From Escherichia phage SF, in the sequence record MH359124: a stretch of 64,000 nt of DNA, one strand, 5' to 3'. Of the stretch, positions 1 through 10,308 are shown piece after piece. Under the pieces are notes generated by a model. That model was not told the origin of the DNA and did no database searches. It saw nothing but the letters and a program-made list of their open reading frames with translations. Made by a program: the position numbers and the translations under genes. Numbering within the stretch: position 1 is the stretch's first letter; the number at the start of each line of letters is the position of its first letter.

Positions 1-1565
1 ACTGTCGTCTGAGCCTTTTTGGCTTCAGCCATTTTATTATTTAGCTTTTCAAATCTAGCATCTAATTCCTTTTTAACAACAGGAGTTTTATTAAGTTCAG
101 GGTCTTTAATAAGTTTACTTAAATCAGCATAAGACTTCTCAACGTTTTTAGCATTTTCCGGATTAGTCATATCAATTTTATCGATATAATCCTCAAATCT
201 AACTAAGGCTGCCCGAGTTTCATTAGCTTTTATATATGCCTCTTTACGTTCCTCTTCAGGTAACTCTTTTAATTTTGCCGATTCCGCAGCACGCTCATCG
301 CTTGTACTAAACTCTTCTTTATTGTCATTACCACGAACCCAGTTAGTAACGAATGTTTTGCCGCGTTGTAACATATCAAGACCTTTAGAAACGGTTCCTA
401 ATTCCCCATCGTCACGCTTCATTTGATATTTAGCGACTTTCTCTTGGTCTTCTTTCTTTAATTTGTTTCCGGTAGTTTCTTGGAATCCTTCCAAAGCACG
501 TCCTTCTATTTCGTCCGCGGTATCACCAAAACCTATAGCACGCAATATAGACGCGGAGAGTTTAGCCATTCCTAATTGAATTAGTTCACCTAAGTTCATT
601 AATGCTGTTCCTACACCTTTGACAATAGCAACGGTTAAACCACCCCAGTCTCCAGCTTCCCACAATTGTTTTATAGAGTCAATAGAAGTGAATATATCAC
701 TTAAGAATTTACCCCACTCTTTAGCTTCATCGGAGAATTTAGTAAAGTTTTCATCAAATAAATCCCAGGCAGAAGTGAACTTGTCTGTCCAATATTTGAA
801 ATGGACTATCAATAAATCAATACCGATAACAATACCAAGAATAAGTGCGGCCATTTTTGCTGCTTCAATAGCAGCCGTTATAGTGTATTTGAAAAGCATT
901 CCAGCAATTCTGTCTGAAATTGATATTGATTTATTAAACCCGGTTTGAACTGTTTTGGTGAGCATTGCAATTTTATCGCTCAATTTAAAGCTAATTCCAC
1001 CTTTAGAATCGGAAGTAGAATTAGCACTTTCTTGAACCGGGACCGGGAAGAAATCTTCGTCTGGCTTATTATCAATCTTTTCAGGTGTAGGTAATGCTTT
1101 AAACAACTCATCAGAAGTTTCGTTCTCAACCACTTTAACAGGTATTGCGTTCTCAATTACTTCAAGAGAGGTGCCTCCTGTGTTTTGAATAGTGGTAGAT
1201 GTTTGTAATTTTTGCTCTAATAATGTAGCTAATCGGTCTAACTTAGAGCTTATTGCACTAGAAACTTCGTTTATACTTTTAGTGACTTCAGTTTGTTTTT
1301 CAATAACTTCTGCGATAAGCTCTGTGCCTTCAGCAGTATTATCTGTCGAATTCTTTAAGTCTCCAATTGATTCAATAATTCCATTGCCTTTATCTTCTAC
1401 ACTTTGTGATGTGAGTTCAGACGCGGCTTGGACATCGTCTAGTTTTGATGAAATGTTATTCAATGCTTCTAATGAATCAGTAGCTGCTGTTGCAGCTACT
1501 TTTTGTGGTTTATTATCGGCAATGACCTTATTTCTACGCATGGATTTCATTTCTTCAGGTTTCAT
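1..1565 (-). CDS. 29: gp29 baseplate hub / tail length determinator (partial, C-terminus beyond window edge)
   Basis: Minus-strand ATG at 1565..1563 translates [22 protein letters not shown], matching the T4 gp29 N-terminus; start overlaps gp28 stop (ATGA); synteny 29-28-27-51. Frame assumed open to position 1. Confidence 0.8.
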   Translation of the reverse strand, partial: MKPEEMKSMRRNKVIADNKPQKVAATAATDSLEALNNISSKLDDVQAASELTSQSVEDKGNGIIESIGDLKNSTDNTAEGTELIAEVIEKQTEVTKSINEVSSAISSKLDRLATLLEQKLQTSTTIQNTGGTSLEVIENAIPVKVVENETSDELFKALPTPEKIDNKPDEDFFPVPVQESANSTSDSKGGISFKLSDKIAMLTKTVQTGFNKSISISDRIAGMLFKYTITAAIEAAKMAALILGIVIGIDLLIVHFKYWTDKFTSAWDLFDENFTKFSDEAKEWGKFLSDIFTSIDSIKQLWEAGDWGGLTVAIVKGVGTALMNLGELIQLGMAKLSASILRAIGFGDTADEIEGRALEGFQETTGNKLKKEDQEKVAKYQMKRDDGELGTVSKGLDMLQRGKTFVTNWVRGNDNKEEFSTSDERAAESAKLKELPEEERKEAYIKANETRAALVRFEDYIDKIDMTNPENAKNVEKSYADLSKLIKDPELNKTPVVKKELDARFEKLNNKMAEAKKAQTT

Positions 1566-2095
1566 TCAAGCAATCCAATAATTTCTGCTATACCCTTAAT
1601 AGGGCCATTAGGGCCTGGAATAGCAATAGTTGTCGAAAGGTCTTCTGCCCATTTGATTACAAAAGCAGGCATCTCAAGGAAAGAAATTTCTTTCTCTTCG
1701 TCATTAACTTTTATTAAGCAATTTGATAGCATTTCACTGATTGTAGCGAATTGTTCAAATTTGCCTGGGGGTCTAAAATAAAAAGTATTACCTTGAAATT
1801 GGAATTCTGTTCGTTGGCATACATAGACGTCATCTAGTTTATAAGTGAATCCATCTTTTTCAACTTCAGACTTAAGTTTGTTATTAAATTCCAATATGTG
1901 TAGACATGCAAAATCAAAATCCGCGGGACTCATATTTTTACAAATAGAATCAGCTAAGATTTTCATGTTTTCGTCAGGACCTTTAACATCCTTTAAAAGA
2001 TTATAATGTTTGAGCCCTAATTTGGGAATCATTACCTTTTTATTAGACTGTGGTAGAATTATTTTCTTTAGAGGTAGAATCAGATTTAAGTTCAT
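1562..2095 (-). CDS. 28: gp28 baseplate hub distal subunit
   Basis: 177-aa ORF, synteny between gp27 and gp29; start may be the internal [10 protein letters not shown] (about 2032) since the ORF overlaps gp27 by 53 nt. Confidence 0.8.
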   Translation of the reverse strand: MNLNLILPLKKIILPQSNKKVMIPKLGLKHYNLLKDVKGPDENMKILADSICKNMSPADFDFACLHILEFNNKLKSEVEKDGFTYKLDDVYVCQRTEFQFQGNTFYFRPPGKFEQFATISEMLSNCLIKVNDEEKEISFLEMPAFVIKWAEDLSTTIAIPGPNGPIKGIAEIIGLLE

Positions 2096-3215
2096 TTTTA
2101 ACCTTAACTGGGTTAACAGGTTCTAACACCATTGAGTTGGTAAACATGTACAGATGAGTTTGTGAGTTGTTATTTGATAACTCATGAATAACTTCATCCA
2201 CGTAAAATTCGGATTTGAATTGGTTCTTTTGGTCAACAAATATAATTTTAGTGGCAGGCGTTATGTTAAAATTACCTGTAGTAGTGCATTTAGCATATCC
2301 GTCATATTGAGCCATTGTCTGAAGACGACTTGCTTCTTCAAATCCATTACGATAGGTCATTTCGGAATATCCACCCGATCTTGACACAAGAATAGCATTA
2401 TCACCATCGCCTGTAACAATAACCGGAATAGATGTATCTAAAAATGAATGAGCGAATACCGTGGCGTTTTTAATAGGGTCTCTTGTAAATTGGTTAGCTT
2501 TAGTCATCCAGGTGAAATCCCATACTAATGGATACTCAAGCTCTTGAATATACTGACCTACAGTATTTGGCTCGCCTACAATCATCTTAATGCCTTCCTG
2601 ACCAATAAGAGTATCATAGTCAATCATGTTTACGCCTAAAATATCTTGCCATACGAATACGAACTTATCACTCGCTGTAGCAAGTCCTAATTCTCTGACA
2701 TATGCCAAATAATCATCAAATGTGCTTGTCCAAGGGATATCAGGAACATAAGCATTAATAGTGTTTATTGGCGGAGTAATTAACGTACGGTCTTTATATA
2801 TGACACCTAACATTTCACGTATAGATTCTCCTGCGTCTGAGAAGAATGGTCGCCCAAATTTAAGGTTCTCTATAGAATGTATTGTTCCAAGCTCAATTGC
2901 AATAATATTGTCACCTTTTGAGTCCACAGACACAGAATAATGTCTACATCCATAAATTCGAGTTCTAACTTGGAGAGGTGTGTTTGAATTTGAAACAGAG
3001 ATTTGGACTATCTGTCTACCATCCATTTTAGTGTGGATGTTTTTAGTGTCATAAAATTGAAGAATCCCTTCATTTCTTCCATATAGCGAATCTCGCATGG
3101 TTAAAGTTGTTATTGTTGCTGCGAGTTCAATATATCTATTTTCTTGCCAAGCCGAATAATCTTGATATAATTTAACGCTTAAGTTAGGATATCCTGGACG
3201 TTGGAATACTGTCAT
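2043..3215 (-). CDS. 27: gp27 baseplate hub subunit
   Basis: 390-aa ORF, size and synteny match T4 gp27 (391 aa); 4-nt overlap with gp51. Confidence 0.85.
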   Translation of the reverse strand: MTVFQRPGYPNLSVKLYQDYSAWQENRYIELAATITTLTMRDSLYGRNEGILQFYDTKNIHTKMDGRQIVQISVSNSNTPLQVRTRIYGCRHYSVSVDSKGDNIIAIELGTIHSIENLKFGRPFFSDAGESIREMLGVIYKDRTLITPPINTINAYVPDIPWTSTFDDYLAYVRELGLATASDKFVFVWQDILGVNMIDYDTLIGQEGIKMIVGEPNTVGQYIQELEYPLVWDFTWMTKANQFTRDPIKNATVFAHSFLDTSIPVIVTGDGDNAILVSRSGGYSEMTYRNGFEEASRLQTMAQYDGYAKCTTTGNFNITPATKIIFVDQKNQFKSEFYVDEVIHELSNNNSQTHLYMFTNSMVLEPVNPVKVKNELKSDSTSKENNSTTV

Positions 3216-3964
3216 TTTTTATGGTCCTTTTCTACTAATGTTAAAGCAATACCACGTTCAACAGGAATCATTTGCATAATAGAATCCAATGTGTATTGAC
3301 TCTTTACTAGTGAATGGTTTATCTGATAGAATGTAAAAATCTCATCAGGGTTAACTAACAATTTAAAAACCTCTAAGATATCAGTGTATGTTTTAACATG
3401 ACGTTCACAACAACCTAATCTAAGGGTCAAATTAATAGGGTTCATAGAAGCAATAACCTTCTCGAGCGAGTCAATGTCTATTGCTTCTATTACTTGGATT
3501 TGGTTCTCTTCAGTCAAATCATTCCATGGGTACCATTCATCATTATAATATATTTCTTTTATGTTTTCACTTATCATTAATGCTTTATTGTCATAAAACT
3601 TTTCAGGGAAAGAAAAACGTATTTTTATACCAGCAACATCAAGTTCAGGTTCGACTAGTTCTTTTTGATATATCTCAAATGGTGCAGTTTTTTCTTTAGA
3701 GCATTTAGGGCAAGTGAAAATAACAGGAACTTTTGTTTTGCCTATAGAGCCTGCAAAAACTTGCAGGAATATAAATGGTTGCCATGTTTTAGGGTACTCG
3801 CCAAAATAATCATCAATCAGATCGGCAATTATTTCTTTTTGTTCTTGCGGCGAACGATGTTCGATATCATTTCTAACTAGTAAAAAGTCTCTATAATCCG
3901 CCACAGTGAACGGCTTAAAACGATGAACACCATCCGGTAATTTACAACGAATTATATTAGCCAT
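3212..3964 (-). CDS. 51: gp51 baseplate hub assembly catalyst
   Basis: 250-aa ORF divergent from gp26 across a late-promoter region; synteny. Confidence 0.8.
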   Translation of the reverse strand: MANIIRCKLPDGVHRFKPFTVADYRDFLLVRNDIEHRSPQEQKEIIADLIDDYFGEYPKTWQPFIFLQVFAGSIGKTKVPVIFTCPKCSKEKTAPFEIYQKELVEPELDVAGIKIRFSFPEKFYDNKALMISENIKEIYYNDEWYPWNDLTEENQIQVIEAIDIDSLEKVIASMNPINLTLRLGCCERHVKTYTDILEVFKLLVNPDEIFTFYQINHSLVKSQYTLDSIMQMIPVERGIALTLVEKDHKK

Positions 3965-3981
3965 AATTACTCCTTTTCTAT

Positions 3982-3993
3982 TATTTATAAATA
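3982..3993. promoter_or_regulatory. overlapping divergent late promoters (TATAAATA on both strands) for gp26 (+) and gp51 (-)
   Basis: tatttataaata: TATAAATA on plus at 3986..3993 and on minus (TATTTATA) at 3982..3989, 20-25 nt from each start. Confidence 0.7.
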
Positions 3994-4011
3994 CACAATA
4001 AAGGAGTTAAC

Positions 4012-4638
4012 ATGTACAAATATACGTTTACCGTACGTTTAGGCGATAAAGAAGTGAATTGTAGAGCCTTTACTTTAAAAGAATATTTAGGACTCATTGG
4101 TGCGCGGGCTACCGGTACTATTGAATCAGCAGTGAACAATATTATCACTAATTGCTCTAACGCTAAAAACTTGACTAAACAAGAAGCCGAGCTATTGTTG
4201 GTAAATCTGTGGGCACATTCATTAGGTGAAGTGAATCAAGAACACACCTGGAATTGTTCCTGTGGGCATTCATTTCAAGTCTATATGAATTTATTGCACA
4301 CTCAATTAGATGAACAGGCCGATCCCTGGTATTCGTTCAGTGGTATTAAAATTAAGTTCCGTCAACCTAAATTATTTGACGATAAAAATATCGCATTAAT
4401 GATTGCTTCATGTATTGAGGCCGTTTTTGTCAATGGAGAGTCCATCCCTGTTGAAGATTTAACTGAAGCAGAAATAAACGACCTTTACGGCCTTATAACA
4501 GAAGATGACATGATCAATATTAAAAATCTTTTAGTATCGCCATCAATTTATCTGGCAACCCCTATTAAATGTCCCAAATGTGGGGCGTCACACGTTCACA
4601 CAATACGAGGCCTCAAAGAATTCTTTGAGTTACTATAA
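4012..4638 (+). CDS. 26: gp26 baseplate hub subunit
   Basis: 208-aa ORF (T4 gp26 is 208 aa), RBS AAGGAG upstream, TATAAATA late promoter upstream. Confidence 0.85.
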   Translation: MYKYTFTVRLGDKEVNCRAFTLKEYLGLIGARATGTIESAVNNIITNCSNAKNLTKQEAELLLVNLWAHSLGEVNQEHTWNCSCGHSFQVYMNLLHTQLDEQADPWYSFSGIKIKFRQPKLFDDKNIALMIASCIEAVFVNGESIPVEDLTEAEINDLYGLITEDDMINIKNLLVSPSIYLATPIKCPKCGASHVHTIRGLKEFFELL

Positions 4639-5036
4639 TGTCTAATATCAATAAACTTTATTCAGATATCGACCCAGAAATGCGTATGGATTGGAACAAG
4701 GACGTTGCTCGTTCTGTAGGACTTCGTTCTATTAAAAACAGTCTTCTTGGCATAGTGACAACTAGAAAAGGCTCACGCCCCTTCGACCCTGAATTTGGAT
4801 GCGATTTGGTCGACGAACTTTTCGAGAACATGACACCACTTACAGCCGATACGATTGAGCGTAATATCCAGGCAGCTGTTCGTAACTATGAGCCACGCAT
4901 CGACAAACTTTCTGTAAGTGTAACGCCAGTATATGATGACTATACGGTTATAGTAGAGATTAGATTTTCGGTCGTAGACAACCCTGACGATATTGAACAA
5001 ATTAAACTTCAGTTAGCGTCAAGCAATAGAGTGTAA
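4638..5036 (+). CDS. 25: gp25 baseplate wedge subunit (gpW/lysozyme-like fold)
   Basis: 132-aa ORF (T4 gp25 is 132 aa), translationally coupled to gp26 (ATGA overlap). Confidence 0.9.
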   Translation: MSNINKLYSDIDPEMRMDWNKDVARSVGLRSIKNSLLGIVTTRKGSRPFDPEFGCDLVDELFENMTPLTADTIERNIQAAVRNYEPRIDKLSVSVTPVYDDYTVIVEIRFSVVDNPDDIEQIKLQLASSNRV

Positions 5037-5116
5037 TGCTTCAAGGCAACCTATGTATAATGGTTTTAGGTCCTTCCGATACAGCCGGGAGATTATTAGT
5101 TAAAAGAGAGAACATT

Positions 5117-5530
5117 ATGAAGCTGGAAGATTTACAGGAAGAGTTAGACGCAGACTTAGCTATTGATATGACAAAGTTGCAATATGAGACGGCGAATAAT
5201 GTTAAGTTATACAGCAAATGGCTACGTAAGCACTCATTTATTCGTAAAGAAATGTTGCGTATAGAGACTCAGAAGAAAACTGCTCTAAAAGCAAGATTAG
5301 ACTACTACTCGGGACGAGGTGACGGTGATGAATTCAGTATGGACCGATACGAGAAATCTGAAATGAAAACTGTCCTGGCTGCCGATAAAGATGTACTTAA
5401 AATAGAGACTACTTTACAATACTGGGGAATTTTACTTGAGTTCTGTAGTGGTGCACTTGACGCAGTTAAGTCTCGTAGTTTTGCACTTAAACATATCCAG
5501 GATATGCGAGAATTTGAAGCGGGGCAATAA
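5117..5530 (+). CDS. uvsY: UvsY recombination mediator
   Basis: Translation from internal ATG 5117 gives MKLEDLQEEL...KLQYE..NNV.LYSKWL...DYYSGRGDGDEFSMDRYEKSEMKTVL, near-identical to T4 UvsY (137 aa); RBS AGAGAG upstream. Confidence 0.92.
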   Translation: MKLEDLQEELDADLAIDMTKLQYETANNVKLYSKWLRKHSFIRKEMLRIETQKKTALKARLDYYSGRGDGDEFSMDRYEKSEMKTVLAADKDVLKIETTLQYWGILLEFCSGALDAVKSRSFALKHIQDMREFEAGQ

Positions 5531-5754
5531 TGCGTTATTCAATTGAAGATGCCTTTAATAATGATGAAGAATTTGAAACTGAAATTAAATTCTTAATGGA
5601 AAAGTATCGTCTACGACGCCAGGATATTCGTATTCTGGCAGACCATCCTTGTGGCGAAGACGTCCTTTATATTAAAGGGAAGTTTGCTGGGTACATCGAC
5701 GAGTATTTTTATACAAAAGATATGGGTATCGATATGTGCATGCGATTTGTATAA
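5530..5754 (+). CDS. uvsY.-1-like small protein
   Basis: 74-aa ORF coupled to uvsY stop (ATGA overlap); position as in T4. Confidence 0.6.
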   Translation: MRYSIEDAFNNDEEFETEIKFLMEKYRLRRQDIRILADHPCGEDVLYIKGKFAGYIDEYFYTKDMGIDMCMRFV

Positions 5755-5786
5755 ATAGATATGTAATTTCAACTTAGGAGGCAATC

Positions 5787-5954
5787 ATGTCAGATAAGAT
5801 TTGTGTTGTCTGTAAAACTCCAATCGATTCTGCATTGGTTGTTGAAACAGACAAAGGACCAGCACATCCTGGACCTTGTTATAATTATGTCCAACAAATG
5901 CCGGTTTCAGAAAGTTCAGAAGAGCAATTGAACGAAACCCAACTTTTACTATAG
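5787..5954 (+). CDS. uvsY.-2-like small Cys-rich protein (55 aa; not in ORF track)
   Basis: Manually translated: MSDKICVVCKTPIDSALVVETDKGPAHPGPCYNYVQQM...; RBS AGGAGG 7 nt upstream; followed by a hairpin and T-run. Confidence 0.5.
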   Translation: MSDKICVVCKTPIDSALVVETDKGPAHPGPCYNYVQQMPVSESSEEQLNETQLLL

Positions 5955-5980
5955 TGTTACCTTTTTTGCCTATGGTTTTT

Positions 5981-6010
5981 GGCCCTTCCAAAAAGGTCGG
6001 GCCTTTTTTT
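5981..6010 (+). terminator. putative rho-independent terminator after uvsY.-2
   Basis: GGCCC...GGGCC hairpin followed by TTTTTTT between convergent genes. Confidence 0.45.
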
Positions 6011-6012
6011 AA

Positions 6013-6246
6013 TTAGAAGTCTTCTTCCTCATCCTCATCGTCGACGCCTTCAAGTTCGGCACGCTTACCTGCTAAGGCATCCCTGACAGAAATATCATCT
6101 GTATCTTTTAATTCCGTTTCTTTTATACGTTTCTTATAATAAGCTTCCAATTCTTCAAGCCCTTCTAAGGTATGACAACTAGCAATTTTACCCATGAATT
6201 CGTCAATAGATGCTTCGTATAAAAATTGTTTAAATTCAAGTACCAT
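6013..6246 (-). CDS. UvsW.1 small acidic protein
   Basis: 77-aa ORF immediately downstream of uvsW on the same strand, as in T4. Confidence 0.7.
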   Translation of the reverse strand: MVLEFKQFLYEASIDEFMGKIASCHTLEGLEELEAYYKKRIKETELKDTDDISVRDALAGKRAELEGVDDEDEEEDF

Positions 6247-6257
6247 TTTTATCTCCT

Positions 6258-6273
6258 AAGGGCCGAAGCCCTT
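6258..6273 (-). terminator. hairpin AAGGGC-cgaa-GCCCTT downstream of uvsW
   Basis: Perfect 6-bp stem with tetraloop. Confidence 0.45.
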
Positions 6274-7786
6274 ATAAATTAATTGTTTTCATTACATAGT
6301 TAAATTTCTCATCAGCGTAACGTTGGATACGATCAATACCGTGTTTTAACAAGTAATTAAGATGAGTATACTTCTTTTTAGTATTTAATGATTTAGGTTT
6401 TACACCTGCGTCATCTATGAGATCCCAAACTGTAGCAACAGCTTTAGAACCATGCTTACGAAGCACGCGACCTACGGTTTGAAGTACGATAATTTTTGAT
6501 TTAACACCATGGGCGAAAATAACATGATGAAGATTCTTGACTGAAATACCAGTAGAGAATACTCCATATGATGCGACAATAATAATGCCTTTACCATTTT
6601 CTGCCATGACTTTAAGCGCGTTACGTGTTTCAGTATCAACTTCACCTGATACGTAATAAACTTTTTCGTATCCAAGCTCTTTAATAGCTTCAAATATTTC
6701 TTTACCGTGTGTAACGTGTTTAAACATTACAAAGGCGTTCTCGTCTTTCTTAGCCAATTTGACTGAAAGTTGAGCAATCCACTTTGTACGTCGTTTTAGT
6801 CCGGTAATAATTTTAACTTCTTCTTGGTATGTTTTACCTTTTAATTTAACAGTGAATTCGTCCGGATAACGAAGGAAAATACTATTAATCTTAAGCTCAG
6901 TTACCTGTCCGTCTTCCATTAATTTAGACGTGCTAACAGGACGGAAGATTTCGCCGAACATACCTACGTACTGCATTACATTGGCTTTTCCGTCTCTTAA
7001 TGAGCCAGATAAACCGAATTTAAACATGCAATTATTTAATCCTGAGATGATTGAAGAAATACTTTTGCCTGTTGCTAAGTGGCATTCATCATTCATCATC
7101 ATACCGAACTGAGAGAACCATTCTTTAGGCTGCTTAACCACTGTTTGCCATGTACCAACAATAATTGGAGCGTCGTTTTTAGATTTGTCTGCTTTATCAG
7201 CACCACCGCCAATTTTCTTAATCATTGAATGACTAAACAAGCGATAATCAACAAAATCATTAGCCATCTGGGTTGTCAATGCTGTTGTAGGGACGATAAT
7301 GAGAATTTTACCTTCATAGTTCTCTAGATAATATCGAGCTAAAAGTGCTTGGATTAGTGATTTACCTGCTGATGTCGGAAGGTTTAAAATTCGCCGACGA
7401 TTAACTAGTCCTTCATATACTGCATCTTTTTGATACCAATGTGGTTCGATTTTGGAGTTGCCTGAATAAATTTCTTGTTTAGAAAGCCATGCGTCAAAAT
7501 CTTCCCTGGTAAGGTCTTCAGTCTCAAAGATTTTAGGGTCAATCCATACAGAATAACTCATATTGTTACAGAACTTTTTTATTTGTCCTACAAGTCCATA
7601 TGGTAACAAACGATTGTAATCTAAAAGTCGAATTCTACCATCCCATTGCCCATAGCGATATTTTGGGTTAAATTTATACCCGTCAGCTTCAAAGCTAAAA
7701 AAGTCACGAAGTTCGTAAAACGTACTTTCGTCGCATTCAATGCGAACGTGACTAAAATCATAAAAATGTACTTTAATGTCAGTCAT
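6272..7786 (-). CDS. uvsW: UvsW ATP-dependent DNA/RNA-DNA helicase
   Basis: 504-aa ORF with helicase motifs (LNLPTSAGKS Walker A, DECH box, TVGRVLR motif VI); size matches T4 UvsW; late promoter upstream. Confidence 0.92.
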   Translation of the reverse strand: MTDIKVHFYDFSHVRIECDESTFYELRDFFSFEADGYKFNPKYRYGQWDGRIRLLDYNRLLPYGLVGQIKKFCNNMSYSVWIDPKIFETEDLTREDFDAWLSKQEIYSGNSKIEPHWYQKDAVYEGLVNRRRILNLPTSAGKSLIQALLARYYLENYEGKILIIVPTTALTTQMANDFVDYRLFSHSMIKKIGGGADKADKSKNDAPIIVGTWQTVVKQPKEWFSQFGMMMNDECHLATGKSISSIISGLNNCMFKFGLSGSLRDGKANVMQYVGMFGEIFRPVSTSKLMEDGQVTELKINSIFLRYPDEFTVKLKGKTYQEEVKIITGLKRRTKWIAQLSVKLAKKDENAFVMFKHVTHGKEIFEAIKELGYEKVYYVSGEVDTETRNALKVMAENGKGIIIVASYGVFSTGISVKNLHHVIFAHGVKSKIIVLQTVGRVLRKHGSKAVATVWDLIDDAGVKPKSLNTKKKYTHLNYLLKHGIDRIQRYADEKFNYVMKTINL

Positions 7787-7815
7787 GTCAAATTACCATG
7801 TAATAAATATAGTTA

Positions 7816-7823
7816 TATTTATA
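7816..7823 (-). promoter_or_regulatory. late promoter TATAAATA for uvsW
   Basis: Plus-strand TATTTATA is TATAAATA on minus, 30 nt upstream of the uvsW ATG. Confidence 0.65.
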
Positions 7824-7836
7824 ATGAGGAAATACT

Positions 7837-8505
7837 ATGATCGATAAAGACTATATTGAAGAGTTACGTGCTCTTTCTGATAAAAAGGAAGCCAAAGCTA
7901 AACTGTTTGAATATGCGGAACAATTTGGCATTAGTGTTAAGAAAACAAAATCATTCGATAATATTGTTATTGATATCGAAGAAGCTCTTAAAGCACTGGC
8001 TGATGAACCATTACCTGAAACTGATGGATTATCTATCACCGATTTAATTACTGCCGCAGATGATGTGGACGGTGTTAATTTCACCAACGAAGAAGTTAAA
8101 GAAGAAGCTATTCTGTTGTTTGATTCTCCAACAGAACAAGTTGAAGTATTAGAAGTTGTCGAACAAGAAAAAGAATTCGACCATGATAAATTCGAAGAAG
8201 CAATTACTCAGGTTGTTGAATCTGAAAAAGAGCCTGAGACAGAGGTAAATAAAGAAGTAAAATTTGTTCTGCCTGAAAATTTTAGTCCTACACTCATTAA
8301 ATTAGGCAAAGCTCCAGGATATGTTACTGTTCCTTGGTGGATTTATCAATGGATAGCCGAAACCCCAGATTGGAAATCTCGCCCAACTAGTTTTGTGCAT
8401 GCTTCTGCTCACCAAACATTATTTAGCTTAATTTATTATATTAATCGCGATGGATCAGTTCTAATTCGTGAATCTCGTAATTCTTCTTTCGTAACATTAA
8501 AATAA
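7837..8505 (+). CDS. inh: Inh inhibitor of prohead protease gp21
   Basis: 222-aa ORF with acidic central region, position immediately upstream of hoc as in T4. Confidence 0.75.
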   Translation: MIDKDYIEELRALSDKKEAKAKLFEYAEQFGISVKKTKSFDNIVIDIEEALKALADEPLPETDGLSITDLITAADDVDGVNFTNEEVKEEAILLFDSPTEQVEVLEVVEQEKEFDHDKFEEAITQVVESEKEPETEVNKEVKFVLPENFSPTLIKLGKAPGYVTVPWWIYQWIAETPDWKSRPTSFVHASAHQTLFSLIYYINRDGSVLIRESRNSSFVTLK

Positions 8506-8514
8506 GGATAACTT

Positions 8515-9645
8515 ATGGCTTTTACAGTTGATATAACTCCTAAAACCCCTACTGGAGTTATAGATGAGACTAAGCAGTTTACTGCTACTCCCAGTGGTGA
8601 AACTGGAGGTGGAACTATTACCTATGCATGGAGTGTAGATGGTGCTCCTCAAGTAGGATCGGCAGAAACTTTTGATTATGTGTTAAAAGGACCTGCTGGA
8701 ACAAAAACAATTAAAGTTGTTGCAACAAATACTATTCCTGATTCTGAAGCTGAAACAGCTGAAATTAGTACAACTATCACAGTTCAAAATAAGACACAGA
8801 CAACTACGTTGGCAGTAACTCCTAATAGTCCTTCAGCTGGAGTAATTGGAACCCCAGTTCAATTTACTGCTTCCTTAGCTTCTCAACCGGCTGGAGCGTC
8901 TGCTACGTATCAATGGTATGTTGATGATTCTCAAGTTGGTGGAGAAACTAACTCTACATTTAGATATACTCCAACTACAAGTGGTGTAAAAAGAATTAAA
9001 TGTGTAGCCCAAGTAACCGCAACAGATTATGATGCAAAGGAAGTTACTTCGAATGAAGTATCATTGACAGTTAATAAGAAGACAATGAATCCACAGGTTA
9101 CATTGACTCCTCCTTCTATTAATGTTCAGCAAGATGCTTCGGCTACATTTACTGCTAATGTTACTGGCGCACCTGAGGCAGCACAAATTACTTACTCGTG
9201 GAAGAAAGATTCTTCTCCTGTAGAAGGGTCAACTAACGTATATACCGTTGATACTTCATCTGTTGGAAGTCAAACTATTGAAGTTACTGCAACTATTACT
9301 GCAACTGATTATGATAGCAAAACTATTACAGCAGAAGGTCAAGTTCAAGTGACTGATAAAGCTGCTCCAGAACCAGAAGGTGAACTACCTTATGTTCATC
9401 CTCTTCCACATCGTACTTCAGCTTACATCTGGTGTGGTTGGTGGGTTATGGATGAAATCCAAAAAATGACTGAAGAAGGTAAAGATTGGAAAACTGAAGA
9501 TCCAGATAGTAAATACTACCTGCATCGTTACACTCTTCAGAAGATGATGCAAGACTATCCAGAAGTTGATGTTCAAGAATCACGTAATGGATACATCATT
9601 CATAAAACTGCTTTAGAAACTGGTATCATCTATACATATCCATAA
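8515..9645 (+). CDS. hoc: Hoc highly immunogenic outer capsid protein (Ig-like domains)
   Basis: 376-aa ORF (T4 Hoc is 376 aa) with repeated Ig-like T/S-rich modules and conserved capsid-binding C-terminus; hairpin terminator follows. Confidence 0.9.
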   Translation: MAFTVDITPKTPTGVIDETKQFTATPSGETGGGTITYAWSVDGAPQVGSAETFDYVLKGPAGTKTIKVVATNTIPDSEAETAEISTTITVQNKTQTTTLAVTPNSPSAGVIGTPVQFTASLASQPAGASATYQWYVDDSQVGGETNSTFRYTPTTSGVKRIKCVAQVTATDYDAKEVTSNEVSLTVNKKTMNPQVTLTPPSINVQQDASATFTANVTGAPEAAQITYSWKKDSSPVEGSTNVYTVDTSSVGSQTIEVTATITATDYDSKTITAEGQVQVTDKAAPEPEGELPYVHPLPHRTSAYIWCGWWVMDEIQKMTEEGKDWKTEDPDSKYYLHRYTLQKMMQDYPEVDVQESRNGYIIHKTALETGIIYTYP

Positions 9646-9650
9646 TCGTA

Positions 9651-9672
9651 AGGGGCTTCGGCCCCTTTCTTC
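9651..9672 (+). terminator. terminator after hoc (AGGGGC-ttcg-GCCCCT plus T-rich tail)
   Basis: Perfect stem, tetraloop, tttcttcgttttt. Confidence 0.6.
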
Positions 9673-9746
9673 GTTTTTAAAGCATACAAAACACATCTTG
9701 AGATTGATGTATATAATGGCACAAACCAAATAATACGGGATTGATT

Positions 9747-9941
9747 ATGAGAGCTGAAGTTGAAGTTTATACATTACACGAGGCGGGATTTTCATTCGTA
9801 GAAATTGCTCAAAAAATCGGTTTACAACCTAAAGAAGTTGGATTACTATGGACTAAAGCCGAGACAGCTCGGTCAAAGTTTAAAGCAAAAGAAAAAGTTG
9901 TATACCGTAAACGTTTGATTAACAAAAAGGTGAAGAAATGA
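9747..9941 (+). CDS. 24.3-like small protein
   Basis: ORF begins at ATG 9747 (track start 9741 is TTG); position between hoc and rnlB. Confidence 0.5.
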   Translation: MRAEVEVYTLHEAGFSFVEIAQKIGLQPKEVGLLWTKAETARSKFKAKEKVVYRKRLINKKVKK

Positions 9942-10189
9942 GTTTTGCACAGGAATTAAGAGAAAGGGCCCTGGCCACTAAAGCCAATTTGTTGAAAGAT
10001 TTTATTACTAACTTCTCTGTGATGGCAGAGAAAGCCGCTGACAAAGGCCAGACACAATTTACATACTATCCGTCAAAGAATGATTTAACTATCACCGAGC
10101 AAATCGGGCAGTGGTTCCGTGATAACGGCTTTCAGTACAAAATTAATCACGACCAGCGTGATGGGCACTGGATAGAAATCAAGTTCTAG
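9938..10189 (+). CDS. 24.2-like small protein
   Basis: 83-aa ORF coupled to the upstream ORF (ATGA overlap). Confidence 0.5.
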   Translation: MSFAQELRERALATKANLLKDFITNFSVMAEKAADKGQTQFTYYPSKNDLTITEQIGQWFRDNGFQYKINHDQRDGHWIEIKF

Positions 10190-10308
10190 TATGCTTTACA
10201 TTTTTTGATGGTATAATGAATCTAGGTTTTATCCATTCAAATTAAACATTGGGCCGGAGATAGAGTCTCTGCTAATTATTTTGATATTATTATTTATAAT
10301 GGTGATTT

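Noticed and set aside
619-1581. Plus-strand ORFs 619..948 and 1192..1581
   Set aside because: Antisense to the gp29 coding region, whose minus-strand reading frame starts at 1565 and matches T4 gp29; judged spurious.
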